Shown piece after piece: positions 44,835 to 59,050 of a DNA stretch of 64,000 nt (its first letter is position 1; each line of letters starts with the position of its first letter). The notes under the pieces were generated by a model that ran no database searches, had not been told where the DNA came from, and saw nothing but the letters and a program-made list of their open reading frames with translations. The stretch is from the human T2T-CHM13v2.0 reference genome, Homo sapiens: assembly GCF_009914755.1 (NCBI RefSeq), contig NC_060941.1. The stretch is one strand, 5' to 3'. Position numbers and translations under genes: made by a program.

Positions 44835-45968
44835 ACCTCTACCTATCCTTTGAGTAGCCACAAATCTTGGTTTGTGGTAATAGCCATGATTTTAGCCCAT
44901 TGTTCAGGAGTAATGATGAATAATGCTCCCTTTATTCCAAAATGTATTCAGGTTTAGATGATAAATGATGTGCTTGTCTTGCTTATCAAAGGATTTCGCC
45001 TCATATTCAAAGGATGTTTAGATGCTGGGAAATCAGATTTTATACTCTTTGTTTCTCACAAAGACACAAAGTGTGACTGATGCTTCTTTACCATTTTTCT
45101 TCCCACAAAATGGGGATGGAAACATACTTTTGCATATCATTATTTCTTGAGGTACTTTCACGTTTAATCCCTTTGAGCAAGCAGTCAACACTAACCAAAC
45201 ACAAACATTAGCTTCTTTCAGAATCTAGTAATGCATCCCATTTACAGGTACTATTCTTATTGATGGATGAAAAAGGTAGAGAATAACTAAGTTCTCTCAT
45301 ATGAAAGCTTATAAAAGTAATTTATCACATATGCATCTACTGCTAAATAGTATCATTTGTGTGCCCAAAGCAATATGTGCTCAGATGGGAAAGCTTTCTA
45401 GAGATAGTAACTAGAGTAGTTTATGGTTTTGCTAATGTGAGCCAAGTGGGATCAAAGGGCAAAGAAATTATTTTCCCTCCACCCTCAATTGGGATGGTGA
45501 CCAAGATAAGCCATTTACCTGCCATAGCCTGAAAGTAGTATCTCCTCCTCTTCTCCCTGTTTTTCTAGCCAATTGCATCTGAGGCATTCATTTTCTTTTA
45601 TCATCCACTTCCTGGTAATATTATTATGCTTTCTTGCTATCTAGATAATATGTATTTTGATGGTCCATACCACTTAAGTTGGGTACCCTTTGAAGTAGGA
45701 AACCGTACCTTGATCATCATTGTTTTTTTTAGTCACACCTGACACAGTGATTTGTATGCAAAGGTTCTTGATTTTTAACACTATAATTAAAATGTAACCA
45801 TGCACAGTGTAATGTACATAACAAAGGTTCAAACTGTGTGTTAAATGATCGAACATAATTCCGAGTAAAAAGAGCCATTTGGAAATTACATAAGTTTCTG
45901 GAGATACTGGATGTAGAATCCTCAGTATCTTATAAACTAAATTCTGCAAAGAAATACATTAGGAACCT

Positions 45969-46024
45969 TGGAAGATGTCTTTTTTATATGTTATTCTGGA
46001 AGATGTCTTTTTTATATGTCATGC
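45969..46024. repeat. 28-bp tandem duplication
   Basis: TGGAAGATGTCTTTTTTATATGTTATTC / TGGAAGATGTCTTTTTTATATGTCATGC. Confidence 0.9.
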
Positions 46025-46704
46025 TGTTAATGTAATACAATACAGGAGGAGCAGTCTTCTTCCCAAAGAAACTTACTAGCTCTCTGGAAGTTACTCTTGT
46101 GAGTTTATTTTAATGGAATTGCACCTTATGAATTTTGATTGACAAGGACTACCAACTGTGACCTTTGTGACTTATCTTGATATTTTAGTTCCTTGAGATG
46201 AGTTTGTTCTTCATCATTGAGAAGTAATAAACTGAAAATAGATGCCTCCACAGAGACCATAATAGAGAACACTTTCAAAGGGGAAATTGCTTTTGCTCAG
46301 AGAAATGTTCTCACCATTTTACTTTTTTGATTGTTTTCTCACACCTTATTTCACATAGGAAGACGTTTTCTTTAATTACCGTAATCAAATGTGCGCTCAT
46401 AGGAAGTGACTCAAAGGAAAAAGGTGTAGACTCCTATGAACTGATAACATAGAAGCTGGTGACCACACAGGAAGGCCTTCAACATGGAAACACAATGTTA
46501 GTTTTCTGCCAGGATTTCATGGCCAATGATAAGGCATTGCATTCCCTTGTACATATTTACATAACTTCATGAAATTGCTTTTAAGTAAGGCTTGCAAGAT
46601 GCATTACGTATGTGGAATTAACTTATATTTCATTACATTGTATGGTTTAGGCTCGTTGAAATGCACAGTTTTCCTAGTTTTGAGTCTGAAATGAAGAAGT
46701 AAAT

Positions 46705-47260
46705 ATTTGTTCATTCACTCAGCAAGTATTTATTGAGTGTCTACTATGTGCAAGGCATTATTCTAGGGTCTATAGATACAGAAATAAACAAGACAATGTT
46801 CTTTTCCAGTCCTGGAATATTAGGGTAACATGGAGAAGATGGGAGTGGAGACATAATAAACAAATGGACAAATATATATACATATATAAAAAATATAAAA
46901 ATGTTATAATGTAAATATATTTTATCAGGTCATTGTAAGTGCATTGGAAAGCATGAGACAAGGAGAAGAATAAGACACTGCCAGTGAAATCAGGAATTTC
47001 TATTTTAAATAGGTGGCCAAAGAAGTTGTTCTAAGGAGGTGCTGCATGATATAAAATCAGATATAGGTTTAGTGAGAGTAACATCATGTGGATAAGTGAC
47101 AGCAGAATTTTCTGGATAGAAAAATCGTTGAACTTGCTGCCCTAAGTAATATCCTCTTCCAAGAAAAGGCAAGGTGTTCGGACAAGGAGGGTGAGTGTTA
47201 CAAGGTGAAGTAAGAATATTAGCAAGAACTAAATCATGTGCTTATGCAGGCCTTGATACT
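46705..47260 (-). mobile_element. L2 3' end
   Basis: TTCATTCACTCAGCAAGTATTTATTGAGTGTCTACTATGTGCAAGGCA. Confidence 0.75.
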
Positions 47261-47279
47261 CCCTCTGAAAGTTATACCA

Positions 47280-47284
<5 letters not shown>

Positions 47285-47316
<32 letters not shown>
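47285..47316. repeat. (TA)n microsatellite
   Basis: About 16 TA units; a similar tract lies at ~20379-20406. Confidence 0.95.
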
Positions 47317-47317
<1 letters not shown>

Positions 47318-47364
47318 CGTATACTTATATATATAAAATGTATGTTTATCAATGAGTTCTCTGA

Positions 47365-47848
<484 letters not shown>

Positions 47849-48724
47849 TACAACTACCTTCTAAGGCAAGGCTGAGGTTAAGTAAGGAGTCATGAGGTTC
47901 ATAAGCTTAAGGCTGTTTGAGCTCCTCCTGTTCTGCCACACTACCACCATCTCCATGGCTCAAGGGATGAAGTGGACCCTTCATCATCTCACCTGAAAAT
48001 TGAGTGGGTGGGCTTTACCCCAAAGGGTATATGAAAGGTTGACCTTGGACTCGTATCCTAAAGCCAGCCAGACTATTTTCCAGTTGTATCCAGTCCTTCC
48101 TCACTTCCCTTGTCTGCTGCCAGGGGGAAGAATTCTAAAGTAATTAGCTAGAACTGGTCCTACTAGAGTATGGTGAAGGCGGCTTCTGCCCAAGAAATTT
48201 ACCTTGTTTTGTGGTCTCTCTGTTCATGTGGGTCTCACTCATAGATAAAAGTGGTGTGGCCAAGAATGGAATTGAGAACACTGCCTCCAATAAGACAAAA
48301 CTAAATAAGCCAAATGGTGGAATTTCAAGGCCTATACACCGTGTCTGGGTTTCACGGGTAAGCTATTCATCTGCATTTCCTGTATGCTTGTAGTCACTTT
48401 TCATTTGCATGTTCCCAGAGAGAAATAAAATACTGATATAAACAAAGGAATTGGAGCAAGGCAGGTTGGTTCTTGGGAGATACAAATATTAACTCTTATT
48501 CTGTCTTTCTAGATTTTTTGCTTCAAAATATTCTGTTCACCGCTAAGATTTTAATGAAAAGAAACATCTATAAGAAATGTTTCTCTATGTGTACCTCTTA
48601 GAAATGTAATAACTTATTTATGCAAATGTAAATTATTAAAATAAGTAATTAATATTGATTTATTATTCTAATGCCTCTTCTGAAGAACTCTTCTAGCTGT
48701 GAACTGAAAGTTATATCTTGAAAG

Positions 48725-48960
48725 TGTGCAGCATTTGGAACCAGATGAAGCCAAGTTTAAGGCTGGGCATCCTTGCTTACTGGTTGTATTTCTTTGGCTA
48801 GTTAAGTTCTGTGAGTCTCAATTATTAAATCTGTAAGTGGGTATAATAACTCCCCTAATTATACTGTGAGGTATATATTATTATGTGAGGCAATGTATAT
48901 TAAAGTATTATACATTGGAAACCCCACAAAGGTAAGGTGTTATTAGTAATAACCATCATT
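48725..48960 (+). mobile_element. MIR
   Basis: CTTACTGGTTGTAT..TCTGTGAGTCTCAATT..ATCTGTAAGTGGGTATAATAA. Confidence 0.5.
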
Positions 48961-50061
48961 TAATGCTGTTCACACATGACATGTATATATAGTCACTCCA
49001 CAAAGCCTGTGATTATCTAAATTGGTGATTAGAAGAGTAACAGAAGTTCTTTCCAAAGACAACACATGAATTCAAAGATTGAAAAAACATTCTTCCATCA
49101 CAAAGAGAAGACTTTACACTTTCTGTTCTATTTTGTGAAGAGGATATGGAAATTAAAGTAAGCCTTATGTATTTTTTCCAAAATATGGATATTAAATCAG
49201 AGAAACAAATAAAGAACAAAAGCCACAACAATAACAACAGCAACAAGCAAACTAAGAGTCTTCTGGCTCAGTTCAAGGCAATAACCTGTATTGTAGGTAA
49301 CAATAGTGATTACTCCGTATTTTCTCTTTTTATTAATAGAAGAAACTCAAAGAAGAAGAAGAAAGTCTGGCTTCCTTTTACTATTTGTGACTATACATAA
49401 AATAGAACTGGAAAAGAGAATAATAATTATCCTCTTGTTTGACTTATGTCAACAGCTTTTTTTATTGTCATAAAGACAAAATAAGACAAAAAGCATTCCC
49501 TTATAAAAGTGTGAATTGTTACTAAATTATCTAGATAATTTCTTCTACTCTGTTTTACTGTTGCTGAATGTTTTACTTATTGTCCCCAATAATGTTGTAT
49601 GGCCATGTTCCAAAGACTTTTAAACATTTTTTGATTTACGCACACTTTCTATTAGCCATTTTCTAAAAAGATTTTTTTCCCAAAGCAAGTTGAGTAATCA
49701 TGCTTTCTATTTTTAATTTATACTTAACACTCTATTTTCGTTCTCACCATTCATGTGCTCTGTGTTTACTTACCTTGCTTCAGACAGGTCTGTTTCCCTT
49801 TCTCTTTTATGGAAAACTTCACCATCTGTTCCCAATGCTGTAATAGCTTACCATGGTATTTAGGTTTATAGTGGGTAGGACTGAGGAGTGGCAAAGAGAG
49901 TTAAGAAAAAGAAAAAAAAACTGAACTGTGTCAATTGAAATTCAAGTTAATTAATGGAAAACTTTTGTGTTAATAAAACATTTTTATTGCATACTATAAC
50001 ATGAAGCATACATTTCCTAAAATGTATTTATTGTTATATCTACTACTAATATTATTCAGCC

Positions 50062-50423
<362 letters not shown>

Positions 50424-50474
50424 TAAATGAAATCAGTTGAAATAAGAACCATTATGACACTTTTACATTAAAAA

Positions 50475-51265
50475 GAAAGTAACTATTGAAACTTTTCAGC
50501 AAAGAAGACATACGAATGATCAGTAAGCACATAAAAAAAATTGCCCAATATCTTAGTCATTAGGGAAATGCAAGTTTAAGCCACAATGAGGTTCTATCTC
50601 ACATCCACAAGGATGGTGATAACAAAAAAGTAGACAATAACAGTTGTTGAGGATGCAGAGAAACAGAAGCCTCACGCACTGCTAAGAGAAATGTAAAATG
50701 GTATAGCCATTTTGGAAAACACTTTGGCAGTTTCTTAATCAGTGAAACAAATTTATCATATAACCCAGAAATGAAATTCTACCCAAGAAATGAAAACATA
50801 TGTCCACACCAAAACATATACATGCATGTTCATAGCAGCATTATTCATAATAGACAAAAAGTGGAGCCAACTCAAATCTCCATTAATTAGTGAAGGGAGA
50901 AATAAAATGTGGTATTTTCATACAATGAAATACTATTCAGCAATAATAAGATAAAGCACTGTTTCGGGCTATTACGTGGGTGAACCTTGAATGCATTATG
51001 CTAAGTGAAATAAGCCAGGTACAAAATATCATGTAATAGTATGATTCCACTTGTGTGCAAAGTCCTGAGAATACAAATCTATAGAGACAGAAAATAGATT
51101 AGTGGTTACCTGGAATTGAGGTGGAAACAGGCATTAACTATGAAGGGGCCTGAGGGATCTTATTGTGATGATTGAAACATTATAAATCTGGATTATAGTG
51201 AGACAGATGTACCACCACTAGGTACTTTACTAAAAGCCATTGAATTGCATGCTTAAAATGGGCTT
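50475..51265 (+). mobile_element. Old L1 (L1MB-MD) 3' region
   Basis: TTAGTCATTAGGGAAATGCAA..ATGTTCATAGCAGCATTATTCATAATAG..ATCTATAGAGACAGAAAATAGATTAGTGGTT. Confidence 0.88.
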
Positions 51266-51795
51266 GAGTACTGCAGTAGGTTTTCTGTGCAGGTGTCTTA
51301 ATAAGGTTTTGTATGGAGGGAGAGGCTAGCCCTCATCTGGGAAAGAGACTTGCTAGGATTTAGTCGATTTTGTCTCTGTTTGTGCCACCTGCCCCACTAT
51401 GAAAGCTTTATGACCAATAAAAACAGGAAATATGCAATTCCTGGAGCTCAGGTTTTATATTTTCCTGCCCCAGAGGACAACATAAAATCCATGTTAACCC
51501 TAGATTTTATGCATTTCAGGTGTTCAAAACAAGGTACAGTGTAATGCAGGGAACTTGAAAAGCAGAGCGTTTGACCTCAGCATCCTGAAATCAGGTGTGA
51601 GAAGAAGAAAACAAGACACCTTGTAATTAAGACAGATCCAAGACCAGATTAATAATAAATATGGCAGGAAACATTGGGAAGTGTCACCCTAGAGGCCGAG
51701 CCATGGATTTTAATATGTATCCTTTCAATTAGCCATTGACTCTGTGGACATCCTTTCATACTTAATGGAAGCAGCCTATGTTAAAATTCAAATAA

Positions 51796-52201
<406 letters not shown>

Positions 52202-52429
52202 TGAAGTCACTTTCTATCCGATAATTTATCATTCATTTTCTTTTAACATATATTAATTGGCCATTGACTCTATGGACATTCTGCTCAATGGAGAAGTCCA
52301 AAGGGATATCAAATATCCTTGAACTTTTCACCAATTTGCAGGACAGCGGAGGATACAAGTCAAACATATACATAGATAAATTACTGCAATAGAGCAGGGG
52401 AGCACATGCTGACAGCCAGAAGAGTAGGG

Positions 52430-53172
52430 AGTGGTAGTTCCTAAATGCATATTGATTAACTGTTCCTAGGCTGGTTGCATCAAAATTGTTTGGAAAAGAA
52501 ATAATAATACAACTTCCCTAGTCTTACACTATCCCCTTGCTATTCAGTGTGAACTGAGGACCAACAGCATTGGCATTGCCTGGAAACTTGTTAGAAGTGT
52601 TGGATTGCCAGACCCGTCAAAGACCTAGTGAATCAGAATCGCATATTTAGTAATTTTCCTGTATGATTCATAAGCACATTGAAGTTGAGGAAGCACTCTG
52701 GACTATAGACAGATGTGTCAGTCATGAGATTCTGGGAATTTTTTTTTAATATATGGTTACTAGGTTGTTTCATTTTTTTTTAATTCATTTTATTTGTCTA
52801 TTCTACTAGAGAGGTAAAAGTTGCATATATTTATCATGACCAACAAGTTTTTTGAAATACATTGTGGAATGACTCAATTGAGCTAATTAACATATGCATC
52901 ACTTCACATGTCATTTTGGGGGGTTTGAGAACACTTAAAATGTACTCTAAGCAATTTTCAAGAATACAACGTATTGTTATTTACTATAGGCACCATGTTG
53001 TACAATACATGTCTTGAACTTATTCCTCCTAATTGAAATGCTGTAGCCTTTGACTAGCACCTCTCTATCCATCTTATCAGCGCGAGCCTCTGGTAACCAC
53101 CATTTGGGAATGTGTATTTTTACAAGGGTCCCAGAGGGTTCTATGTTCAAATTGTGCAGAGAAACCAGTGAC
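52430..53172. mobile_element. MER5 MITE pieces (nested MER5A at ~52532-52700)
   Basis: AGCATTGGCATTGCCTGGAAACTTGTTAGAA..GAATCAGAATC..AAGTTGAGGAAGCACT; outer copy ends AGAAACCAGTG. Confidence 0.65.
52775..53110 (-). mobile_element. L1MA 3' end fragment
   Basis: CAATTGAGCTAATTAACATATGCATCAC..GAGAACACTTAAAAT..GCCTCTGGTAACCACCATT. Confidence 0.85.
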
Positions 53173-53562
53173 CACAGAAGATGGCGAATTGCAGAGGTCC
53201 CTAGAGAAGGTGGTCTTGCATTGACTAAGAGGGTAAGTGGAGAGTGGGTAGGGAGAGCCATCAGAAAGAGCAAAGGTGTTGAGCAGTATTACTTGAGACC
53301 TGTTTGAGGAATCATGAGCAAAGCTGCTTAGCTGGTTCCAAGGGTTTGAAAAATAGCCTGAGAGGTTAAAAGCAGGGGCCAGTGAATCACCCACATTCTG
53401 CATGCAGACTAAAGTTTGATTGATAGAGACAGGCAGTAGAAAATCATTGAATACTTGGGGAAAGAATTGTGTAAATAATAAGTGATGTAAAGTATTGTTT
53501 CCAATTTTTCAACAGGGCTTACTATGAATAAGAGAAAGTAAAGCCTGCTCCTGAATTTAAAC

Positions 53563-53748
53563 CTGGGTTTATGGGTTTCTTCACGTCCGTTCATATCTTT
53601 GAAACAGCGCTTTTTCATCATGATCATTTCTATGCCCGTGAAAAGTACTGCAACATCTGCGTGCAGTTGTTTTTCCTCAATAATAATGTCCGACGATAGA
53701 CGTAAATAGTCCTTTTGACTAGAGCTGTTTTCTGGAATGGCTCCAATA
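53563..53748 (-). other. CpG-rich exon-like segment (186 nt, one open frame)
   Basis: Minus-strand ttttcccttcttAG acceptor, CAG|GTTTAA possible donor, 8 CpGs in ~120 bp; no recognisable homologue. Confidence 0.35.
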
Positions 53749-54299
53749 CTAAGAAGGGAAAAATGCAAAAGCTAAAGAATTAGATAGCTCTTAGATTGTG
53801 TTGTTCTCTCTGAGAAGATAAAACTGAAACCCCTATTAGAAAGGCAGGATTACGGAGAGATTATGATATGTGAAAATTACAATAGGCCACAGGAAAGTGT
53901 GGTGGAAGACTTATAAGCATCTACTGCAAAGGAAGACATTGTTCTTTCTGATTAGGAAGGTCATAACCTGATCTGGAGGTTTCTTCCTTTGATGCTGAGA
54001 GAAGGAATCCTAAGAATAATAAGAAGCCAATGTATTGCAATAACTATTTTATGGATTACTCTGAGGTCCAAAATTCCTAGAAAAGATGATTGTTTTCTTT
54101 GAAAAGCAAGAATCTGCTTTTGTGCTTCCCAGAGAAGATCGTTTAGAAAAAGGAGTTGGTTATTTATTGTTCACTTTCATGATTCTAAAGAGAGGTGACC
54201 TCAGTGATTGAAACAGAAGACAAAAATAATTTTGAGCTGTCTCTTGGCTTTTCATTTTTCAAGGGCTTCAAATATATTATTTGGCTATTACAAAATTTA

Positions 54300-54965
54300 T
54301 GAAGCCTCCTGACAAACTCGAACCCTTTCCCCCCATTTATTGGAATCACTCTGCCCTGAAAATTTGGATCCTGAATCTATTTCTGCTCCTGTACTCAGAT
54401 CTTTGAGCACAGCCAGAGAAAATTTTACAAATGTGTGGCTTGGTGCCTTTAAAAAGTATAGGCCCTACTTCAACTGCTCATTCAGTATCATTGGGCAATT
54501 AGGGCAATGATTTGCTTGTCTTCAATGAGTTCTTCTATTCTCATAGAAGCTCTGGCAAGCTATTTGTCTCAAGCCCTTTGTAGAGAGGCCCACCCTCATG
54601 CCCAGGAGGATGAACTCTCGCATGGCTTCCTCATACTCTCCCTAGTCCTGTTTCTGCTCTCCTATAAATATTTAGGTATACAAATACATCTTTTTTCTCT
54701 CTCTCTTAAAGAAAGAAGTGTTTCTTTTTGGGATGACAGCAATCCTTCCAGTTGTACTCTTGATCCTACATTGCATACCCTCTGTTTTTCTTTAAGACCT
54801 TGCCCCAACAATGACCCCCTTTTTCTCCATATCTTCAGCCTTTCCTTCTCTACTGGCTCCTTCCTTTCAGTTATAAACATGAACAAACTTCTGCAATTCC
54901 AAACAAACCCTCCTTTGACCTTGCATCTCCTTCCAGCTACTACCTATCACTCTTCTGCCCTCCAC
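54300..54965 (+). mobile_element. L2 fragment
   Basis: Pyrimidine-rich L2 body (CTTCTCTACTGGCTCCTTCC; CCTTCCAGCTAC). Confidence 0.45.
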
Positions 54966-55632
54966 AGCTTTGAAAAAAATGAAAACTGAGGATGTTTTTA
55001 TTGCAAAGGAAAACATGCTCATTATATAAAGTTAAGAAATAGAATAGTCATAGAAGAGAGAGATACAGGAATAGAGAGAAGAAGTTGGAAGGCACAACCA
55101 TATATTAATAACTAGAGATGATCATTGTTACCAACTTTTATATATTTCTAGGATACCTCTATGCATAAAGGTACTTTGGAATCATAAAATGGATCTATAC
55201 TGTTCACGTTATTTTATAATATAAATATTTCATTTTTAATATTTTGAAGATAGTTCAGTTACATTGCATTTCAATCTACAATGCCATTGCTAGTGGCTAA
55301 ATTGTATTCCATGGTGTAGCTGAATAATATTTTGAAGTATTAACTAATGTGTTTCCTCCTGTACTCCCTCCCTGACACCATCTCCTACCCTTGCACCTGC
55401 TCATCACTACCTCCTTCTCAGTCTCTCCATATATACCAGACTTAATATTCTTAACCTAAATGTGTTACTGAAGAAGCATGGGTAGCATTTTAAAAAGACA
55501 CTTTCATAACTCAAAGTAGAGGAACTAGAGATAATAGAAAGGAAATGTTGAGTTTATGAGTATTTCAGGAATCTGGTGTTGAAAATTTTATGCTATAACT
55601 GTGAGTAGTGTTCATGGTCACCATAACTAGGA

Positions 55633-55954
<322 letters not shown>

Positions 55955-56839
55955 TAACTAGGATCTTATAAGCAAGGGATGAGAGTTGGAAATAAGTAGG
56001 CTTGTGTTATGCCCCTTTCATACTAAACCTAGGGGGTAGGGAAGATAATCTCTAAATGATATGATCTGAGAATAGAGAGCAATTGGGCTTGGCATTCCCA
56101 AATTTCCAACACCGCCATAATAAGAGTTGAGCAGCAATAAAAGTGAGGCAGAGAGAGTCTGGTGCAGTCCCAGGACGTCTGTGGCTGCAGACTGCTCTGG
56201 GAGAAGGGTCACACTATTCTATGCTTTTGTAAGGGATGTGGGTGTAAGATGAACAAAAATGTATTGGCCAAAATGAAGGGAACCTGAGCCAAGGGCACAT
56301 CACATGAGAAATCTGCAGTGGCAGCATTCAGGACCAGACAAGCATGTGGACATCTCAATAACGAAGGGAAAAGAGACAACCACAGCCAAGAGTAAGGCTG
56401 AATAATAAACACATGGATCATATACCCACAGATGCCAACCAATGACCAGTTGCCTTATCCTTCTCCTCTCTCTCTCTCCCATCACCCTATTTTACTGAAG
56501 AATTCAGTAACTTAGAAATGACTGCACGGGTGAGGAAGGGGAATTTCCAGAATGGATTGCTTTCTTATTGTAAAAGAAAAAAATTGGGTTGAAAAAATAA
56601 AGCAACTTCTTTGTATACCTGAGTAGAAGCTTACAAGAATTATATCGGCTTCACTAATAAGGGTGTACTTTATTTAACCAATCTCCTATTTTTGAAATTG
56701 TTTTGCTTCCAATCAGTCATTATAAAAAGCAATGCACAGTCAAGCATCTTTATTCATTCTCTCAATTGTCAGACTTCAGTTAGTTCTTCAACCAGGAGCA
56801 ACCTGTTTCTTATTCTTTCTTTTCCAGCAAAACAAGCCT

Positions 56840-57590
56840 TATGAAGCAGCCAATAAACTTCATCTTGCCAAACCCAATGGACTCACCACAATCTCTATAG
56901 AGTTGACATTGATTCTTTATTGGACATGGAGGCATATTCCCTTCTTCTGAAATTCTCACCTCTCTTGAGTTTCTCAATATGATTGTTTCCTTTATTTACT
57001 CTACTTCTCTGAATTGTATTTCCTGGTTTCCTTCTCCACTTTCATTTTTCTCCAAAACCCACTTGGGTTAACATCCACCATGGTTCCCTTTTCTTCTCAG
57101 TATTTATGTTTTTTATGTGAGATCTCAGTCAATATCCCATGTTTAACTATCTCGTAAATATGGTCATTCCTAAATCTTTATTTCCTACCTGAAATTTTCA
57201 CCAATTTTCTTATTAGTGGTATCTTATGGATATTAATTCATCTATCCATCTATCCAGACATCTATTTATTTATTTAACATTTTTTTCATACCGACAGAAT
57301 GCTTGCCACTATTCTAGGCACTTGTCATACAACAATAACAAACAGACAATAATATCTGTACTCAGAGATTTTATACTCTAGTTTGGCTCAACAGACAATA
57401 AACAAACAGTAGGGGGAAATAATATTTTTCAGTCAACAACTCTAAAACCAGCTCATTATCTTCCTCTTTTACACCTGTGATTTCTCCCTTAACAGCAATA
57501 GCCGTAAGTGGTATAATTATCTATCAATCAGCTTTTTCATGCTAGCATGATCAGAATCAACCTCAATTCCTCTTTCCACTTTTATAAGTA
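56840..57590. mobile_element. L2 fragments
   Basis: CATCTTGCCAAACCCAATGGAC; opposite-orientation L2 3' end at ~57235-57420. Confidence 0.5.
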
Positions 57591-57595
57591 TTCAA

Positions 57596-57830
57596 AGGCA
57601 GTATTGTCTAGTGGTTAAGAGTCTGAGCTATCCCATTCCACAGACCTTGGTTCAAATTTTGTCACTACAAGTTATGTGATTTTCATCTAGTTAATCTCTT
57701 TAAGCCTGTTATGGTGTCAAAAAAATCCTACCTGACAGGATTGTATGAGTGTAAATGAGATAATATATGATTATTATCCCTGTCTCATATTTAGTACTCA
57801 ATGAATGGTAGATATTGTTCTTTTATTATC
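57596..57830 (+). mobile_element. MIR
   Basis: AGGCAGTATTGTCTAGTGGTTAAGAG..GGTTCAAAT..AAATGAGATAAT..AGTACTCAATGAATGGTAG. Confidence 0.75.
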
Positions 57831-57879
57831 ATCATTTATCCAATTGACCATTGTGTCTTGCAGATTCTATTTTCTAAAT

Positions 57880-58412
57880 CTGCACTGTCCAAAATGGCAG
57901 TCACTAACGTGGTGATTGAGCATTTGAAACGTGGCTAGCCAAAATTGAGATAACACTCTAAGTTTAAACTATACACTGGATTTTAGTTTAAACTATACAC
58001 TGGATTTTAGTTTAAACTATACACTGGATTTTAGTTTAAACTATACGCTGGATTTTAGTTTAAACTATACGCTGGATTTTAGTTTAAAGTATACACTGGA
58101 TTTTAGTTTAAACTATACACTGGATTTTAGTTTAAACTATACGCTGGATTTTGGTTTAAACTATACACTGGATTTTAGTTAAAAGTATACACTGGATTTT
58201 TGAAAAATTAGCACCTAAAAAGAATGTACAATATCTCACAGAAGATTTTTGTATCAATTACATGTTAAGATGACAATATTTTATGTCTATTAGGTTAAAT
58301 AAAATGCTTTATTAAAATTAATTGCATACACTTTGTTTTACTTTCTCAATGTGGTTAATAGCAAATTAAAACTTACATATGTGGCTTTCGTTAGAATTCT
58401 ATTGGCCACTGC
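57880..58412 (-). mobile_element. MER33 (hAT-Charlie MITE) expanded by an internal minisatellite
   Basis: CTGCACTGTCCAA..ATTGAGCATTTGAAACGTGGCTAG..TTACATATGTGGCT..TTCTATTGGCCACTGCT termini. Confidence 0.85.
57961..58200. repeat. Minisatellite, 10 x 24 bp (AGTTTAAACTATACACTGGATTTT)
   Basis: Ten head-to-tail units with 0-2 differences each. Confidence 0.98.
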
Positions 58413-58439
58413 TATTCTAAATATTTCATATAATTGCTC

Positions 58440-59050
58440 TTCTGCTCATTACAATAATAAGCTTTATCATCTCTCTTCTCTCTTATTGCCGTGACATCCT
58501 ACCAGCCTCTGCCCCTGATTCTCCTCTGAACTTTTAATCCATCCTCTCCAGTGTTGCCTGATTGATACTTCTAAAATGTTAGAAAAAAAATGTAATCAGC
58601 TTTCCACTACCTGGAGGATAAATCCAGTCTCCTTATCTCGGCACATAGAGCTCTTTGCGATCCTGCATTTCATATACCTCCAGGCTTTCTTTGAAGCCTC
58701 TCACAGTTCCCACAGAATCTGGCTACTCGGAGCCATTTTGTGCTTTATGCTTTTTCACATGGTTTCTCTCTACCTGAAATGACCTCTCTTACCCTGACTA
58801 CCCAAAGAATTCTTCTTTTGTCCTCAAGAACCACCTTAAGTTACCTGTGTAAACTTTTCCCCACCTCTCCTCTTAGCTTTTGGTTATACAGCCAAGTTTT
58901 CACTTATTGTCCTCATTTTCCTGTTCTGTTACTTGTTATCTCTCTCTGGACTTTGAATTTCCTAACAAATAAGGTTGTAATTTCTTACTTTCTGGATTTG
59001 CCATACACGTATTTGTAGCACATTAAGTACAGAAAAAACATTTAAAGGAA
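58440..59050 (+). mobile_element. L2 3' region
   Basis: AATCCATCCTCTCCAG..CCTGGAGGATAAATCCAGTCTCCTTA. Confidence 0.55.

Noticed and set aside
45709-45738. Minus-strand 30-nt mini-exon (GVTKKNNDDQ; AAG|GTACGG)
   Set aside because: Poor polypyrimidine tract and mediocre donor; chance-level
53540-53625. Box C-like ATGATGA on the minus strand (C/D snoRNA?)
   Set aside because: No suitably spaced CTGA box D or terminal stem found
54507-54989. 160-aa ORF
   Set aside because: Lies in pyrimidine-rich L2-like sequence; Leu/Ser bias, no domain or splice context
56539-56548. Perfect kappaB site GGGAATTTCC
   Set aside because: Isolated motif; degenerate kappaB matches are expected by chance in 64 kb
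57961-58200. CRISPR-like array (short palindromic repeats)
   Set aside because: Units are head-to-tail with no unique spacers, derive from MER33, and lie in primate DNA with no cas genes
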